Shown here: positions 41,655 to 56,372 of the stretch, one piece after another
Numbering within the stretch: the first letter of the stretch is position 1
How the letters are laid out: the number at the start of each line of letters is the position of its first letter
Assembly: GCF_001194135.2 (NCBI RefSeq)
Contig: NC_068984.1
Location: 35,027,583 to 35,091,014 of the forward strand
Direction of reading: 5' to 3'
From: Octopus bimaculoides
Lineage: Eukaryota
DNA: 63,432 bases
Notes under the pieces: generated by a model
The model's input: only the letters and a program-made list of their open reading frames with translations
What the model was told of the DNA's origin: nothing
Databases searched by the model: none
Program-made: the position numbers and the translations under genes

Positions 41655-42292
41655 NNNNNNNNNNNNNNNNNNNNNNNNNNNNNNNNNNNNNNNNNNNNNN
41701 NNNNNNNNNNNNNNNNNNNNNNNNNNNNNNNNNNNNNNNNNNNNNNNNNNNNNNNNNNNNNNNNNNNNNNNNNNNNNNNNNNNNNNNNNNNNNNNNNNNN
41801 NNNNNNNNNNNNNNNNNNNNNNNNNNNNNNNNNNNNNNNNNNNNNNNNNNNNNNNNNNNNNNNNNNNNNNNNNNNNNNNNNNNNNNNNNNNNNNNNNNNN
41901 NNNNNNNNNNNNNNNNNNNNNNNNNNNNNNNNNNNNNNNNNNNNNNNNNNNNNNNNNNNNNNNNNNNNNNNNNNNNNNNNNNNNNNNNNNNNNNNNNNNN
42001 NNNNNNNNNNNNNNNNNNNNNNNNNNNNNNNNNNNNNNNNNNNNNNNNNNNNNNNNNNNNNNNNNNNNNNNNNNNNNNNNNNNNNNNNNNNNNNNNNNNN
42101 NNNNNNNNNNNNNNNNNNNNNNNNNNNNNNNNNNNNNNNNNNNNNNNNNNNNNNNNNNNNNNNNNNNNNNNNNNNNNNNNNNNNNNNNNNNNNNNNNNNN
42201 NNNNNNNNNNNNNNNNNNNTTCGCAAAACCCTCGAAGCCAGGAACTATTGAGCCACCCCGACCCTCAAATATGTGAGTGTGTATGTGTGTGT

Positions 42293-42450
42293 ATGGTGGG
42301 TTTCTTTCACGTTCAGTCTTTGAAATCCACTCACAAAGCTTTGGTCGGCTCAAGGCTATTGTAGGTGATAGTAGCCCAAAGTTACCGCTCTGGGGATTGA
42401 ACACAAGTTTACACAGAGGGGATACTAACTTTTTAGCCACACATCCAAGC
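42293..42450 (-). mobile_element. SINE family B head
   Basis: AAATCCACTCACAAAGCTTTGGTCGGCTCAAGGCTAT is the reverse complement of the 30745 copy core. Confidence 0.8.
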
Positions 42451-43119
42451 CTCCTCTGCCGCGTGCGTGTGTGGTGTGTGAGTGTGCGTGTGCGTGTATG
42501 TGTGTCCAAGGATGTATGTGTGTGAATGTCTATATGACTATATGCATATAAACATTTCTTCACGGCAGCATGTGTATATTCATGTATGTGTTTTGTATTT
42601 TCAAAGAGGCAGAGGGAGAGATTAAAAGTAACTGTCAGTCACACAAACATATTTTGTCTTGTTTTCCTATTTCAATCCTTGGACTGAGACCATGCTGGGG
42701 CACCGTTTTCAGAGACATATCTCATATCAAGAGATACCTATGTTAGTTTAGAGAGAGACAATACGATAAAGTAATACATATATATATATACACTGTTGTA
42801 ACGAATATACATGAATAGATACCTTAAGATAAACACAAGATATATCGAGATATAGATATATAAAATATTAGACGATCGAACAGGTATGAGAGAGATCGAT
42901 GTATCGATGGAAATATTGACAAGACTTATAGATTCACACGGACACACACGCACATCGGCACATCAGTATTTGCACACACAGACACACAAACACACAAACA
43001 CACAAACACACACACACACACACACATTCACACACTGACACGCACGCACATACACACGCAAAGTAGTATATTTACACAAAGTAGTACACACATGCACGCA
43101 TACCTACACCACACATCAT

Positions 43120-43156
<37 letters not shown>

Positions 43157-43276
43157 TACATGTATGCGCTTGAGTGACTGCATGGATAGGAAATCCACCT
43201 ACACACCGTTCTCTTGAAAACAGCTGACACATATACAACATCCCGAAACTGAAGTATTCAGGCCTCACACGAATAT

Positions 43277-43344
<68 letters not shown>

Positions 43345-43406
43345 TTGATGATGATGATGATGGTGATGGTGGTGGTGGTGGTGGTGATGATGGTGATGGT
43401 GGTGGT
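43277..43406. repeat. (GAT)n/(GGT)n microsatellite running into a gap
   Basis: Directly visible; the poly-His and poly-Met ORFs here are artefacts. Confidence 0.95.
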
Positions 43407-44881
43407 NNNNNNNNNNNNNNNNNNNNNNNNNNNNNNNNNNNNNNNNNNNNNNNNNNNNNNNNNNNNNNNNNNNNNNNNNNNNNNNNNNNNNNNNNNNNNN
43501 NNNNNNNNNNNNNNNNNNNNNNNNNNNNNNNNNNNNNNNNNNNNNNNNNNNNNNNNNNNNNNNNNNNNNNNNNNNNNNNNNNNNNNNNNNNNNNNNNNNN
43601 NNNNNNNNNNNNNNNNNNNNNNNNNNNNNNNNNNNNNNNNNNNNNNNNNNNNNNNNNNNNNNNNNNNNNNNNNNNNNNNNNNNNNNNNNNNNNNNNNNNN
43701 NNNNNNNNNNNNNNNNNNNNNNNNNNNNNNNNNNNNNNNNNNNNNNNNNNNNNNNNNNNNNNNNNNNNNNNNNNNNNNNNNNNNNNNNNNNNNNNNNNNN
43801 NNNNNNNNNNNNNNNNNNNNNNNNNNNNNNNNNNNNNNNNNNNNNNNNNNNNNNNNNNNNNNNNNNNNNNNNNNNNNNNNNNNNNNNNNNNNNNNNNNNN
43901 NNNNNNNNNNNNNNNNNNNNNNNNNNNNNNNNNNNNNNNNNNNNNNNNNNNNNNNNNNNNNNNNNNNNNNNNNNNNNNNNNNNNNNNNNNNNNNNNNNNN
44001 NNNNNNNNNNNNNNNNNNNNNNNNNNNNNNNNNNNNCACACACACACACACTTACACACACACCTACACACATATGTACGGATACGTTTTTGTATACATA
44101 TATTTGATATGGTGATTATATTAGTAAATAACACATTCGGGCAGAACGCGTGCACGAACGAACACACACAACCTAAACTCATAGAAAATATATTTGTATT
44201 TAGGTTAGATGTAATAATATACGTACATATATACATGTTCTGATAGAGAGAATATCACGCACATAGAGCTCAATCTCATAGATATATTATTATACACAAA
44301 CACACATACAAACACACAAGATCACATACACAGACACGATTGGCCAGAAGTCACTCGACAGTAAGTCAAAATCCCATAGATACTATCGGTGATTCTGTAT
44401 TGACTCGAATGAAAAAAATGTGTTGCTCAAGAAGGACTTCTGTTTGAACACTTTTCGTGATGTTTCATATTCAGATACTTTTTATTAAATTCATTCAGTT
44501 GTTAAATATAAATAAACCTAGGAATTAAATGGTCTTGATTTACTGTCAGGTGATTTGGGGCCAGACCAGTATACGTCTGCACCTCTGGCCTTCTATACGA
44601 TCATAGTAATATGAATTTTTCTAGGAATGAAGAAAAGTTTGCAGGTGAAATTATATAAGATATATACGTGGGAATACACACAGTAATGTGGGTCCTGGTT
44701 GTAAATAATATATGAATACAGATGAAAATAAGCTAGGAAACTGAGAGCTGTTAGACATAGTCCGAGGGGCACCTACATAAATATACGTAAGTACGCATAT
44801 AGATAAACACACACACACACACACACACTCACACACACACACACATACACACACACCAGACGGAGATAGCTAGCTATAGGT

Positions 44882-44937
<56 letters not shown>

Positions 44938-45007
44938 CAGAAATGAATGTTTGCGGCTGTGAGACTGTATGTATGTATATATATAAATATATAAACACAT
45001 CAATATC

Positions 45008-45080
45008 TGCGGATGAGGAGTCCGGTTTGCAACCACTTGTTTTCAAGCTCGATTCTCCAGCGTTGCACATTGTGGAAGCA
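45008..45080 (+). mobile_element. Highly diverged SINE family B head
   Basis: GCAACCACTTGTTTTCAAGCTCGATTCTCCAGCGTTGCACATTG aligns loosely to the family B head. Confidence 0.4.
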
Positions 45081-45186
45081 TTTTTTTCCCCCTATAACCT
45101 CTGGGTGAGCAATTCCTTAAACGTAGAATTCGATAGAGCGTATCACCAAATACACATGCGTATATACCATTGTATACTTGCACATT

Positions 45187-45228
<42 letters not shown>

Positions 45229-46419
45229 CGTGTGTGTGTGTGCGAGGGTGTGTGTGTGTGTGTGTGATTGTGTTTGTGAGGAAGCCTGTGATTTAAATTC
45301 GTTCGTTTTTATAGGTACACACATCTGTTTAACTGTGTAAAATGTGTTCGATGATGTATTTTACCATTTTTTCTACCGAGAATAAGTACTAGGGTGGTGA
45401 TGGTGAATAAATAGTCAAATGGAAAAGAAGGGCAAAAATTGCTTGAAGGCGACGATCTATAGAAACGTAAAGTATGTAGTATGTACGTGTACACATAAAT
45501 ATAGATATATATACATACATNNNNNNNNNNNNNNNNNNNNNNNNNNNNNNNNNNNNNNNNNNNNNNNNNNNNNNNNNNNNNNNNNNNNNNNNNNNNNNNN
45601 NNNNNNNNNNNNNNNNNNNNNNNNNNNNNNNNNNNNNNNNNNNNNNNNNNNNNNNNNNNNNNNNNNNNNNNNNNNNNNNNNNNNNNNNNNNNNNNNNNNN
45701 NNNNNNNNNNNNNNNNNNNNNNNNNNNNNNNNNNNNNNNNNNNNNNNNNNNNNNNNNNNNNNNNNNNNNNNNNNNNNNNNNNNNNNNNNNNNNNNNNNNN
45801 NNNNNNNNNNNNNNNNNNNNNNNNNNNNNNNNNNNNNNNNNNNNNNNNNNNNNNNNNNNNNNNNNNNNNNNNNNNNNNNNNNNNNNNNNNNNNNNNNNNN
45901 NNNNNNNNNNNNNNNNNNNNNNNNNNNNNNNNNNNNNNNNNNNNNNNNNNNNNNNNNNNNNNNNNNNNNNNNNNNNNNNNNNNNNNNNNNNNNNNNNNNN
46001 NNNNNNNNNNNNNNNNNNNNNNNNNNNNNNNNNNNNNNNNNNNNNNNNNNNNNNNNNNNNNNNNNNNNNNNNNTATATATACACATGCATACTTACATAC
46101 ATACATACATACATACATATATACATACATACATACATAAATACATATACGTACACACACTCTCGCAGTCACAAACATGATGTGACTGAGGTGAAAGGGG
46201 ATACATATAATTACACATTTTTGTATACTTATATTCATTTATATACACACACACACAAACACACACACATGCACACACACACATACACACACACACATAT
46301 ATATATACATATATACATGTATATATATATTTAGAGAGAGAGAGAGAGACAGTGACAGAGACAGACATACAGAGAGAGAGAGAAGGAGAAGGGGAGAGAG
46401 GGAGCGCGAGAGTTAGGTA

Positions 46420-46600
46420 AATAGAAGGGAAGAAAGAAGGAAGTAAGAAAGGAAGGATTGATGGAAGAAAGAAGGAAAGGAAGAAATAAAGAAGGAAAGA
46501 AAGAAAGAAGGAAAGGAAGAAATAAAGAAGGAAAGAAAGAATGAAAGAAAGAAAGAAATAAAGAAACGAAGAAAGAAAAATAGATAAACACATATATACT
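46420..46600. repeat. Degenerate (GAAA/GGAA)n polypurine tract
   Basis: Directly visible. Confidence 0.9.
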
Positions 46601-46997
46601 GAGGAACAGAAGAAAAGTTAAGAGAATTCTCTTATTGACAGGGTGCATATTTACTTTTTAGCAACGATAAGTGTTTTCCACAAAATCAGACGATACGTAT
46701 GCATTATGCGAAGTTGATACAAGTGTAAATGTGTGTGTGTGTGGAGAAATATCTGTGTATGTGTGTGGTGTGCATGTGTATATATGGGTGTCTGCGTGTA
46801 AGTATTCACACAGGGGTGTGCTTACAGGTATCTAGACATTTTATCATATAAATTCTTCTCTTAACTCTTCTCTTCAAATTACAGGTTACTGCAGCAAACA
46901 TTGTGTGCGAAAAACACATGCGACCAGCCATGCCACACAAGCACACACACACACACACGTTCGTAATATGCAGCGCGCATAACAAGTGTGCAATATC

Positions 46998-47049
<52 letters not shown>

Positions 47050-47427
47050 AGTGGGTGTGTGTTTATTTGTGTGTGCATGTATGTGCGAGTCTGCGTGTGT
47101 GTTTGAGCGTGTGTGTTTTTGTCACATTTTTTTTCATACGTGCTTAAGATACAAGTATTTAGTTATATAGAGTGTCTGGCCGATTATATCGTCCCTTATA
47201 CTTGATTGGATCTTAATTTTAATCCGCCAGACGTATGTCGAAAGGCAACTGTGGTCCCAGAAGTATTCGAACTTAAATCTTGAAGTACATTCGGGCGTTT
47301 TATCGTCTGCACTGTCAAGTTTGCCAAGAATATATGGCACGTAATTGTATTTTTTTTACCCTCGCATGCACAGATGGCACATTTAAAGGCATACCCACAT
47401 GCAAAGGTACATAATAATAAACTCATG

Positions 47428-47479
<52 letters not shown>

Positions 47480-48470
47480 NNNNNNNNNNNNNNNNNNNNN
47501 NNNNNNNNNNNNNNNNNNNNNNNNNNNNNNNNNNNNNNNNNNNNNNNNNNNNNNNNNNNNNNNNNNNNNNNNNNNNNNNNNNNNNNNNNNNNNNNNNNNN
47601 NNNNNNNNNNNNNNNNNNNNNNNNNNNNNNNNNNNNNNNNNNNNNNNNNNNNNNNNNNNNNNNNNNNNNNNNNNNNNNNNNNNNNNNNNNNNNNNNNNNN
47701 NNNNNNNNNNNNNNNNNNNNNNNNNNNNNNNNNNNNNNNNNNNNNNNNNNNNNNNNNNNNNNNNNNNNNNNNNNNNNNNNNNNNNNNNNNNNNNNNNNNN
47801 NNNNNNNNNNNNNNNNNNNNNNNNNNNNNNNNNNNNNNNNNNNNNNNNNNNNNNNNNNNNNNNNNNNNNNNNNNNNNNNNNNNNNNNNNNNNNNNNNNNN
47901 NNNNNNNNNNNNNNNNNNNNNNNNNNNNNNNNNNNNNNNNNNNNNNNNNNNNNNNNNNNNNNNNNNNNNNNNNNNNNNNNNNNNNNNNNNNNNNNNNNNN
48001 NNNNNNNNNNNNNNNNNNNNNNNNNNNNNNNNNNNNNNNNNNNNNNNNNNNNNNNNNNNNNNNNNNNNNNNNNNNNNNNNNNNNNNNNNNNNNNNNNNNN
48101 NNNNNNNNNNNNNNNNNNNNNNNNNNNNNNNNNNNNNNNNNNNNNNNNNNNNNNNNNNNNNNNNNNNNNNNNNNNNNNNNNNNNNNNNNNNNNNNNNNNN
48201 NNNNNNNNNNNNNNNNNNNNNNNNNNNNNNNNNNNNNNNNNNNNNNNNNNNNNNNNNNNNNNNNNNNNNNNNNNNNNNNNNNNNNNNNNNNNNNNNNNNN
48301 NNNNNNNNNNNNNNNNNNNNNNNNNNNNNNNNNNNNNNNNNNNNNNNNNNNNNNNNNNNNNNNNNNNNNNNNNNNNNNNNNNNNNNNNNNNNNNNNNNNN
48401 NNNNNNNNNNNNNNNNNNNNNNNNNNNNNNNNNNNNNNNNNNNNNNNNNNNNNNNNNNNNNNNNNNNNNN

Positions 48471-48509
<39 letters not shown>

Positions 48510-49246
48510 CAATATGTGAAAATTTCCAACGATATATTGCCTACTTACAAGTAGCTTTGCATATGTTATGTTTTATATATATATAAATACATATACATAG
48601 ACAAATATTTTAATAAACATATAATTAAACGAAATTATGTGTATGGATATTTGTTAATTGTGTATGTATGTACAGACACACATATATACTTATATGTATA
48701 TACAAATATGTTTAGGTATGTGGTATATACAAATATATACAGTAATTGGGCAAGAAAGTATAAAATATGTATTTATAAGTATATATAGTATTCCGATTCA
48801 ATCTTTGCTTTTATAGACTAAATTCTACAACTGGTCTTTGAATTTATGTAATTTCTTTCCACGAGTGTAGACTTTTTGTGTTACTTTTACTCCCGGTAAG
48901 GTGGATGTCGTCTGATTTTCTATTTTAATTTAACATATAAATATATATACATACATGTGTATGCTTTCATTTTCCCCACTAAGTGTTCTTAATATACTTA
49001 ACATTTTATTCCGTATCGGGTTTCTTTATTCTCCTCATCGCCTACAAACTTCAACTGTTTCGAAAAATTAAAAAAAAAAGAAATAAAAGAACTTCGTTTT
49101 TGTCGTTCTTTCTTCTGAAGCTAAACCAAAATTTTCATTTTGCACTTAAATTTTTCAGACTTTTTACTGCCTTCCCAAATTATTTCTATTTATTTTTGTA
49201 TCTATCTATTTGTCCACCTCTCTCACTTTCTTTCTCTCTATCTCTC

Positions 49247-49296
<50 letters not shown>

Positions 49297-49350
49297 NNNN
49301 NNNNNNNNNNNNNNNNNNNNNNNNNNNNNNNNNNNNNNNNNNNNNNNNNN

Positions 49351-49389
<39 letters not shown>

Positions 49390-49701
49390 GAAGATAAAAG
49401 ATAAATCCTTAAGTATATATAATTAAAATATTATAATTAATATTAACAGTAATACTTCTATACCTATTGATGCTAATACTTGAATTTCATATCTTATATC
49501 AACTAATATACACTTATGTGTGTATATTTATATGGGAGTTGGTGTGACTGCAACAATATATTATCATTTGTTCTTTAGCTTTTTTTATTGGCGGGGTAGC
49601 TTATTTTATCACACTTATATATTTCTTCATATTTATGTATGTATATAAGTATATATGTGCGTGTGTTTGTATATATGTATGTGTAAATATATATGTATGT
49701 G

Positions 49702-49750
<49 letters not shown>

Positions 49751-52065
49751 CTGTGTATGTTTGTGAGAGACTGTGTTTGTGTGCGTGTGTGTGTGTATAT
49801 GTTATTTACTTTTGCACATATGTATAACTACATATTTTTTACCTTTTTTTGTATAAGTTTGCGTGTATGTATGTATGTATTTTTTACAATATTTTAATAT
49901 AACGCTTAGTAAATATTCTATAAATCCCTTTGACTTCTTTTGACAATCGTAGTAACGGTAATGATAATAATTCCTGTATATCCTTCTTTGCGGTTTTCTT
50001 TTCTTTTTACCTTGTTTCACTTTCACTTTTAAGTAAATTCCTCCAAACTATTTATTTATTTTACTCTGTATTTCTCTCTATAAATGTATCCCACTTTGCT
50101 CATTCACTTTCTCATTAGTTTAGATTTTAAAGTAATAGTTTCTTCCAGTTGTTATTATTTCTTCACACTTCATCTCTCTCTTTTTTTTTGTTTGTTTTTT
50201 ATGTGTGTGATAATTAAGAGAGGGAGGGTATTTCGTCCTCGTATTATTTGTTTTTTTTTTGTTTTTGTTGTTGTTGTTCTCCCGTCGTCGTCGCCGTCGT
50301 CGTCGTCGTCGTCGTTGTCGTCGACTTCTACTACATTCATCTACATGCCAAGTATTCCTACTGATGTGTGTCGCCACAGGTAGAGCTAGCTATCCGTTGG
50401 TACGGAGGCTTAGCACATCGCGTTTATTGTCAGCTAGACGATACTGCTGCTGTTGTTGTTGTTGTGGTTGTGGTTGTGCCTGCTGTTACTGATAGTGGTG
50501 ATGGTGGCGGTAGCAGTGGTGATTGTGCTGCTGCTGCTGATAATGATGCTGATTTTGCTGCTGCTTTTGCTGCTGCTGTTGTTGCTTCTTGTTGCTGCTG
50601 CTGCAGCTTCACCTACTGAGCTTGTCGTCGCTGCGGCTGGTGTAGCCTGTGTCACCGCTGCTGCTGCTGCCACCTCCGCTGCTGCGGCTGCTGCTACTGC
50701 TGCAGAACATGTTGCTAATGCTGCTAATGTTCTTACATGTTATTGTTGCTACTGCTACCGTTACTATTACTACTGGTAGTACTACTGTTACTATTGTTGC
50801 TGCTGTTGTTCATGGCACATTATTGGTACTTCCCTTATTGTTGTTCGTGCTGATGCTTCTACTGCAGCTACAACGACTGATACAGCTGCTTTCACTATTA
50901 CTGTCATTTAGCCCTTGGCTAACCCTTTTCGAGTACACCTATAATCAAAACACATTCTACTCATGTTTTTCCTGTTCATGAAAGTATATACATAGATCTA
51001 ATCTAGTTTGACCCTTTTCGTAAAGTGGTAGGGCTTCACTAGTAAACTTAATAGCTACTACGAGCATCTTAAACGGCCCAGCAAATGTTGTTGTTTGGGT
51101 TCTGCTGCTGCTATTCATGCTGTTCCTAATACTAGAACTATTGGTTTTATTAGCCTTATTGCCATTGTGGTAATTGCTGCTGCTGTTGCTATAAATCATT
51201 GCTAATGTTGCTAATTCTGTTGTTTCTGTTGATGCTGATGATAAAGCTATAAATTGTTGCTAATACAGTTTTTTGCTAATATAGTTTTGCTATTCCTATT
51301 GTTCCTGCTGCCACTGCCTCTCTCGCTATAATCTGATGCTAACGTTGCTATTGCTATTGGTTTTGTTGTCCGTGTTGCGATCGCTTCTGATGTACCTGTA
51401 TATTGTTGTTAGTGTTATTTATGTTTGTTTTTTCATACTCTCGCTGAGGTCGCCACTCCGTCTACCCTTGTTGCTATAGGCTGAGGCAAATGTTGCTATG
51501 GCTGATACCGTTGTTGATAAAGTTGCCTCTACTTTTGCTACAGTCAACTGTTGGTTCTGTTGCTAATATTTTATTACTCTTGCTATGCACTTTTATTAGT
51601 ATTAGTAATTATGTAGATGATGTAGCTACTTCAGCTGTTTCTATGAAATATTGCTGAGAATACTGTTGTTACTGTTGTTGATGTTGTTTCGTTCTGTATC
51701 CGCTGTGACTGAGCAGACCTATGATTAAAGGTCTTTTCGGCATGACATGATCATCTAGTTCTTTTATCAGCTACAACATTTCATTATCCAATATATCTTA
51801 GCATTTTTGTTCAAGAAAATAGGGCTAGATTTGAAGGAGATATCGCTGTTTCCCTAGCAGCTCAAGAGGATACATTGAGTCCTCCTCCACTGCCGCTACT
51901 ACCTTGGTTTCAAACAGCTGCTAATCCTGATGATATAGCTCTCAGTATTGTTTTTACTGCAGCTGTTGCTAATCCTTTTACTATCACCAGCTATCACTCG
52001 TACTCTTTCTATTACTGATCTTATCACTGGCTACTATTCGTGTTCTTGCTATAATTGCTGCGTTT

Positions 52066-52275
52066 GTGGCAGTGGATTGGCAGAATTGTTCGAGTGTCGG
52101 ACGAAATGCATTGCGGTATTTCTTTAGACTCTGATTTCAAATCCGGCCAAGGTCAACTTTGCTCTTCATCCTACCAGTGTTTATAAAATAAAGTACCATT
52201 CAGGTACTGGGGATGATGTAATCGATTAACACCCTCCTGAAGAAAGTGTTGGCTTTGTGCCTTAAATAAAAAATC
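52066..52275 (+). mobile_element. SINE family A, diverged
   Basis: TGGCAGAAT..GAAATGC..TTCAAATCCGGCCAAGGTCAACTTTGC..CTTTGTGCCT. Confidence 0.75.
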
Positions 52276-52415
52276 AGGAATTCTGATGCTGTTGCGATTA
52301 CTGATGCTAACGTTGCATGTGTTATATTTTGCTGCTTTTAATGCTGATGCCATCACTCATGAAGTGCATGTTTGTCCAAATTGCTGTCTTCGTTGCTAAT
52401 ATAATGCTATCATTC

Positions 52416-52810
52416 AAGGCATCAAGGTGGCAGAGTCGTTAGTACACCGAACAAAATGCTTAGCAGCATTTCGTCCATCTTTACGTTCTGAATTCAATCT
52501 CCGCTACGGTCGATCCTGTTTTTCAATCTTTCGATATCGATAAAATAAGTAGCAATTGAACACAGGGGTATGATGTAACCTGGCCCAGTGCCAAAATTTA
52601 AAATTAATATTGACGCTATCAATAAGGCGGAATAGCACACCGGGTAAAATGCTTACCTGCACTCCTTCTCTCTCGACTTTCTCACTTCAAATAACGCCAA
52701 AATCGACTTTGCCTTTCATCCTTTTGGGTTGATGAAATAAGTGCCAGTTCAACACACGGGTTCGTGTGATCGACTTACCCACTGTCCCGAAATTGCTGTC
52801 CTCCCAGAAT
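52416..52810 (+). mobile_element. Two adjacent diverged SINE family A copies (about 52416-52600 and 52624-52810)
   Basis: Each has AAAATGCTTA and degenerate TCGA..TTTCA..CTTT..GATRAAATAAGT blocks. Confidence 0.7.
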
Positions 52811-53512
52811 TTGTTATCAACATTGATTGCCTGGGATGTTTTGGTTGTAATCCTTTGCGATGCTGCAATTGTTAGTAACAATGTTGCTATTGCCGCTAAT
52901 ACCCAAGCCTTTCCTATTGTTGCTAATATCATTTTCATATTTGCTGAAGCTGTTAATACGCATGCCTTTGCTATTGTTGCTAATATCGTTTTCATATTTG
53001 CTGAAGTTGTTGCATCAATTATAATATTTCTGTCGCTATTACTACTTTGCGATGCTCTATTTTAGTTGTGAGTCTTCCTCTTGATGTTGTCTCCACTGTT
53101 GATAGATAATGTTGTTTTTATATTTAGCTCTATGTCAGTCTTTATCAGCAGACCTATGATCTGAGCCGTTCCGGTATCTAAGGCTACATTATCCAAAGAA
53201 TCCTTCCTCTCATTATTTGCATCGTCATCATCATTATTTCAGGCCTTGTGCCTTTAGTAGAAAGGATTATTTGCAACATGTAATTTGCGAACTGTTTGAT
53301 TAATATTTCGAAAGGCTGTGTTTATCCTTCTAAGAGATTGCTTTTTTTTCTTTTTGACTGTTAATGTTTATTCTCATACGGCGCTTGCAGTTGTTGCTGC
53401 TTCTATAGCTACTGCTGCAGCAGGGTGCTTCTGCTGCTGCTAATACTAATAGTACTACTGCTGCTGATGTTGCTGCTGCTGCAACTTCTACTATTATCAA
53501 CAATAATAACAG

Positions 53513-53729
53513 TCCTTTCTACTATAGGTACAAGGTCTGGATTTTTTTTATGGAAGGAGACAGTCGATCACATCGATGCCGGTACTCAACTGGTACTTAA
53601 TTTATCAACCCCGAACGGATGAAAGGTACAGTCGACCTCGGTGGAATTTGAACTCGGAACGTAGCAGCAGACGAAATACCGTCAAACATTTTACCGTGCG
53701 TGCTAACGATTCTGCCAGCTCACCGCCTT
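53513..53729 (-). mobile_element. SINE family A, near full length
   Basis: Reverse complement begins AAGGCGGTGAGCTGGCAGAATCGTTAGCACGC and ends with GTAGAAAGGA; AAT repeats on both sides. Confidence 0.9.
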
Positions 53730-53866
53730 ACAAACAATAATAATAATAATAATACTGCTTGTACTATTATTGCTGGTGCAGAGGCTGCTGAGACTACTAT
53801 AACTACTATTACTACGACTACTGCTGCTGCTGCTGCTCCCGATGCGGCTGAATATTACAACTACTA

Positions 53867-53907
<41 letters not shown>

Positions 53908-53936
53908 CCCGATGCTAATGATACTACTACTACTAC

Positions 53937-53999
<63 letters not shown>

Positions 54000-54059
54000 C
54001 AATAATATAATAATACTGCTACTGCTGCCCCCGATGCTGCTGATGCTACAACTACTACA

Positions 54060-54111
<52 letters not shown>

Positions 54112-54172
54112 ATACTACTACTAACACTACTACTTCCACTGCTACTGCTTCTGCTCTCGATGCTGCTGATAT

Positions 54173-54236
<64 letters not shown>

Positions 54237-55095
54237 GCTGCTGCTGCTACTGCTGCTGCCCCTACTACTGCTGCTGCTGCTGCTACTGCTGCTGCTGCTA
54301 CTGTTGCTGCTGCCGCTGCTGCTGCTAATGATAATTATGATGATTATGATGATGATGGTACCACCACAGCTGCTACTGCTACTACTATTGCTTCCAGGAC
54401 TTCTGCCGGTGATACCACTACTGCTTTTATTGATTCTATTACAGCCCTAGGCTTTATTACTACCGCAAATACTATTTTGCAGTTGTTGACGATGTTTACG
54501 GCCTTACAATAATTAGTTTTAATGTTTCCTATAATGCTGCTACTGCTGCTACTGCTACTGCAGCTATTGTTGTTGCCAGAAGAACAGCTACTACCACTAC
54601 AACAGCAACTATAAATACTACTTCTACAGCTGCTCAAACTGCTGCTACACATGCTGCTGTTGCTACTACTGCTGCTGCTACTGCTGCTACTACTACTACT
54701 ACTACTAAAACTACTAATACTACTACTACCACTACTGCTACTGCAACTGCTGCTGCCGTTACTGATACTACTAATATTACTACCACTACTAATGCTGCTG
54801 CTGCTACTAATAATACTACTACCATTACTGGCTCAACTGCTACTACTACTACTAGTACTACTACAAATAATATCAGTACTACTGTTCGTGTTACTGCTGC
54901 TGCTACTCTTTATGCATCTTCTATCTGGTTACAGGCGAGACTGTTCTCTTTGTAGTAGTAGTAGTAGCAGTAGTAGTAGTAGTAGTAGTTGTTGTTGTTG
55001 TTGGTGTGGTGGTGGTGGTGGTAGCAGTAGTAGTAGCAGCGGCAGCAGCAATGGTAGTAGTAGTGGTAATAGTAGTAGCATTGAGGGAGGTGGTT

Positions 55096-55142
<47 letters not shown>

Positions 55143-55822
55143 CGTTGTTGTTGTGGTTGTTGTTGTTGTTGTTGTGGTTGTATTCTTTCTGCTCCTGGAC
55201 CCAACCGTCAACCGGCATACCATCATCATTTTAACTTTGATCGTACTGTCGTTTCACGAGATATAAATATATCGAAGTGGCAGGACGTGTTTTGAAGTAG
55301 GTGCTGCTACTATTTCTAGCAGATTGAGTGACCACGTGGTGGCTCTATTATTTCTGTTGATATTGTTTTTGTTGAGACTGCATTTTTTTTTCTTTTTTAG
55401 TATGCTGGTCTGATTATTAATAATGATGATGTTTTGGCCGTCAGTCTTGTTAGGGTGTTAGTGCATTTGGATCTATTTATCTATGATCAGGTAATAATCA
55501 TTGTTTCTCGTTATCTCATATTTATCCAGAATTTTTACTGTAGGCTTTGATTTAAGAGAGAATTGGTTGCTATTTCTATCTGGCAAATGTCATGGTTATG
55601 AGGTTGATAATACTGATTATGATAATGATGATAATGAGGCTATTGCAGCTTCTGTTACTACTGCAGTTGTTGATGCTGTCCATACTACAACATTTGCCCC
55701 CGACATCTTCGTAGCACCTGCTGCTGGTGCTACTGCCACTGCTGCTACCGTTACTGCTGTTACGCTGTTGCTGCTATCGCTGTTGGTGATACTACTATTG
55801 TTTATGCTGTTGTCGTTGTTGT

Positions 55823-56017
55823 TAGAATTGTTGCCAAGCCGGGAAGAATGTTTAGCAGCATTTTGTCCGTCTTTACATTCTGAGTTCAAATTACGCCGGA
55901 GACGACATATGCATTTCATCATTTCGGGGTTGATAAGATAAGTACCGATCGAGGACTGGGTCGATGTAATGGCTAGTCACCTCTCCCCAAATTTCAGACC
56001 TTGTGCCTATAGTAGAA

Positions 56018-56068
<51 letters not shown>

Positions 56069-56328
56069 GAGCTGGCAGAATCGTTAGCACGCCGGTCGAA
56101 ATGCTTAGCAGTATTTCGTTTGTCTTCAAGTTCTGAGTTCAAATGCCGGTAGGGCCGGCTTTACCTTTCATCCTTTCGGGGTGGATAAATTAAGTACCAG
56201 TAGCGTACTGGAGTCGATCTAATCGACTGGCCCCTCCACCAAAATTTCAGGCTTTGTGCCTATATTAGAAAGGATTATTATTATTATTATTATTATTATT
56301 ATCATTATTATTATTATTATTATTATTA

Positions 56329-56372
<44 letters not shown>

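Noticed and set aside
45010-45110. Minus-strand peptide CFHNVQRWRIELENK resembling a Rab GTPase segment
   Set aside because: It is the antisense of a diverged SINE head and the frame ends in a stop
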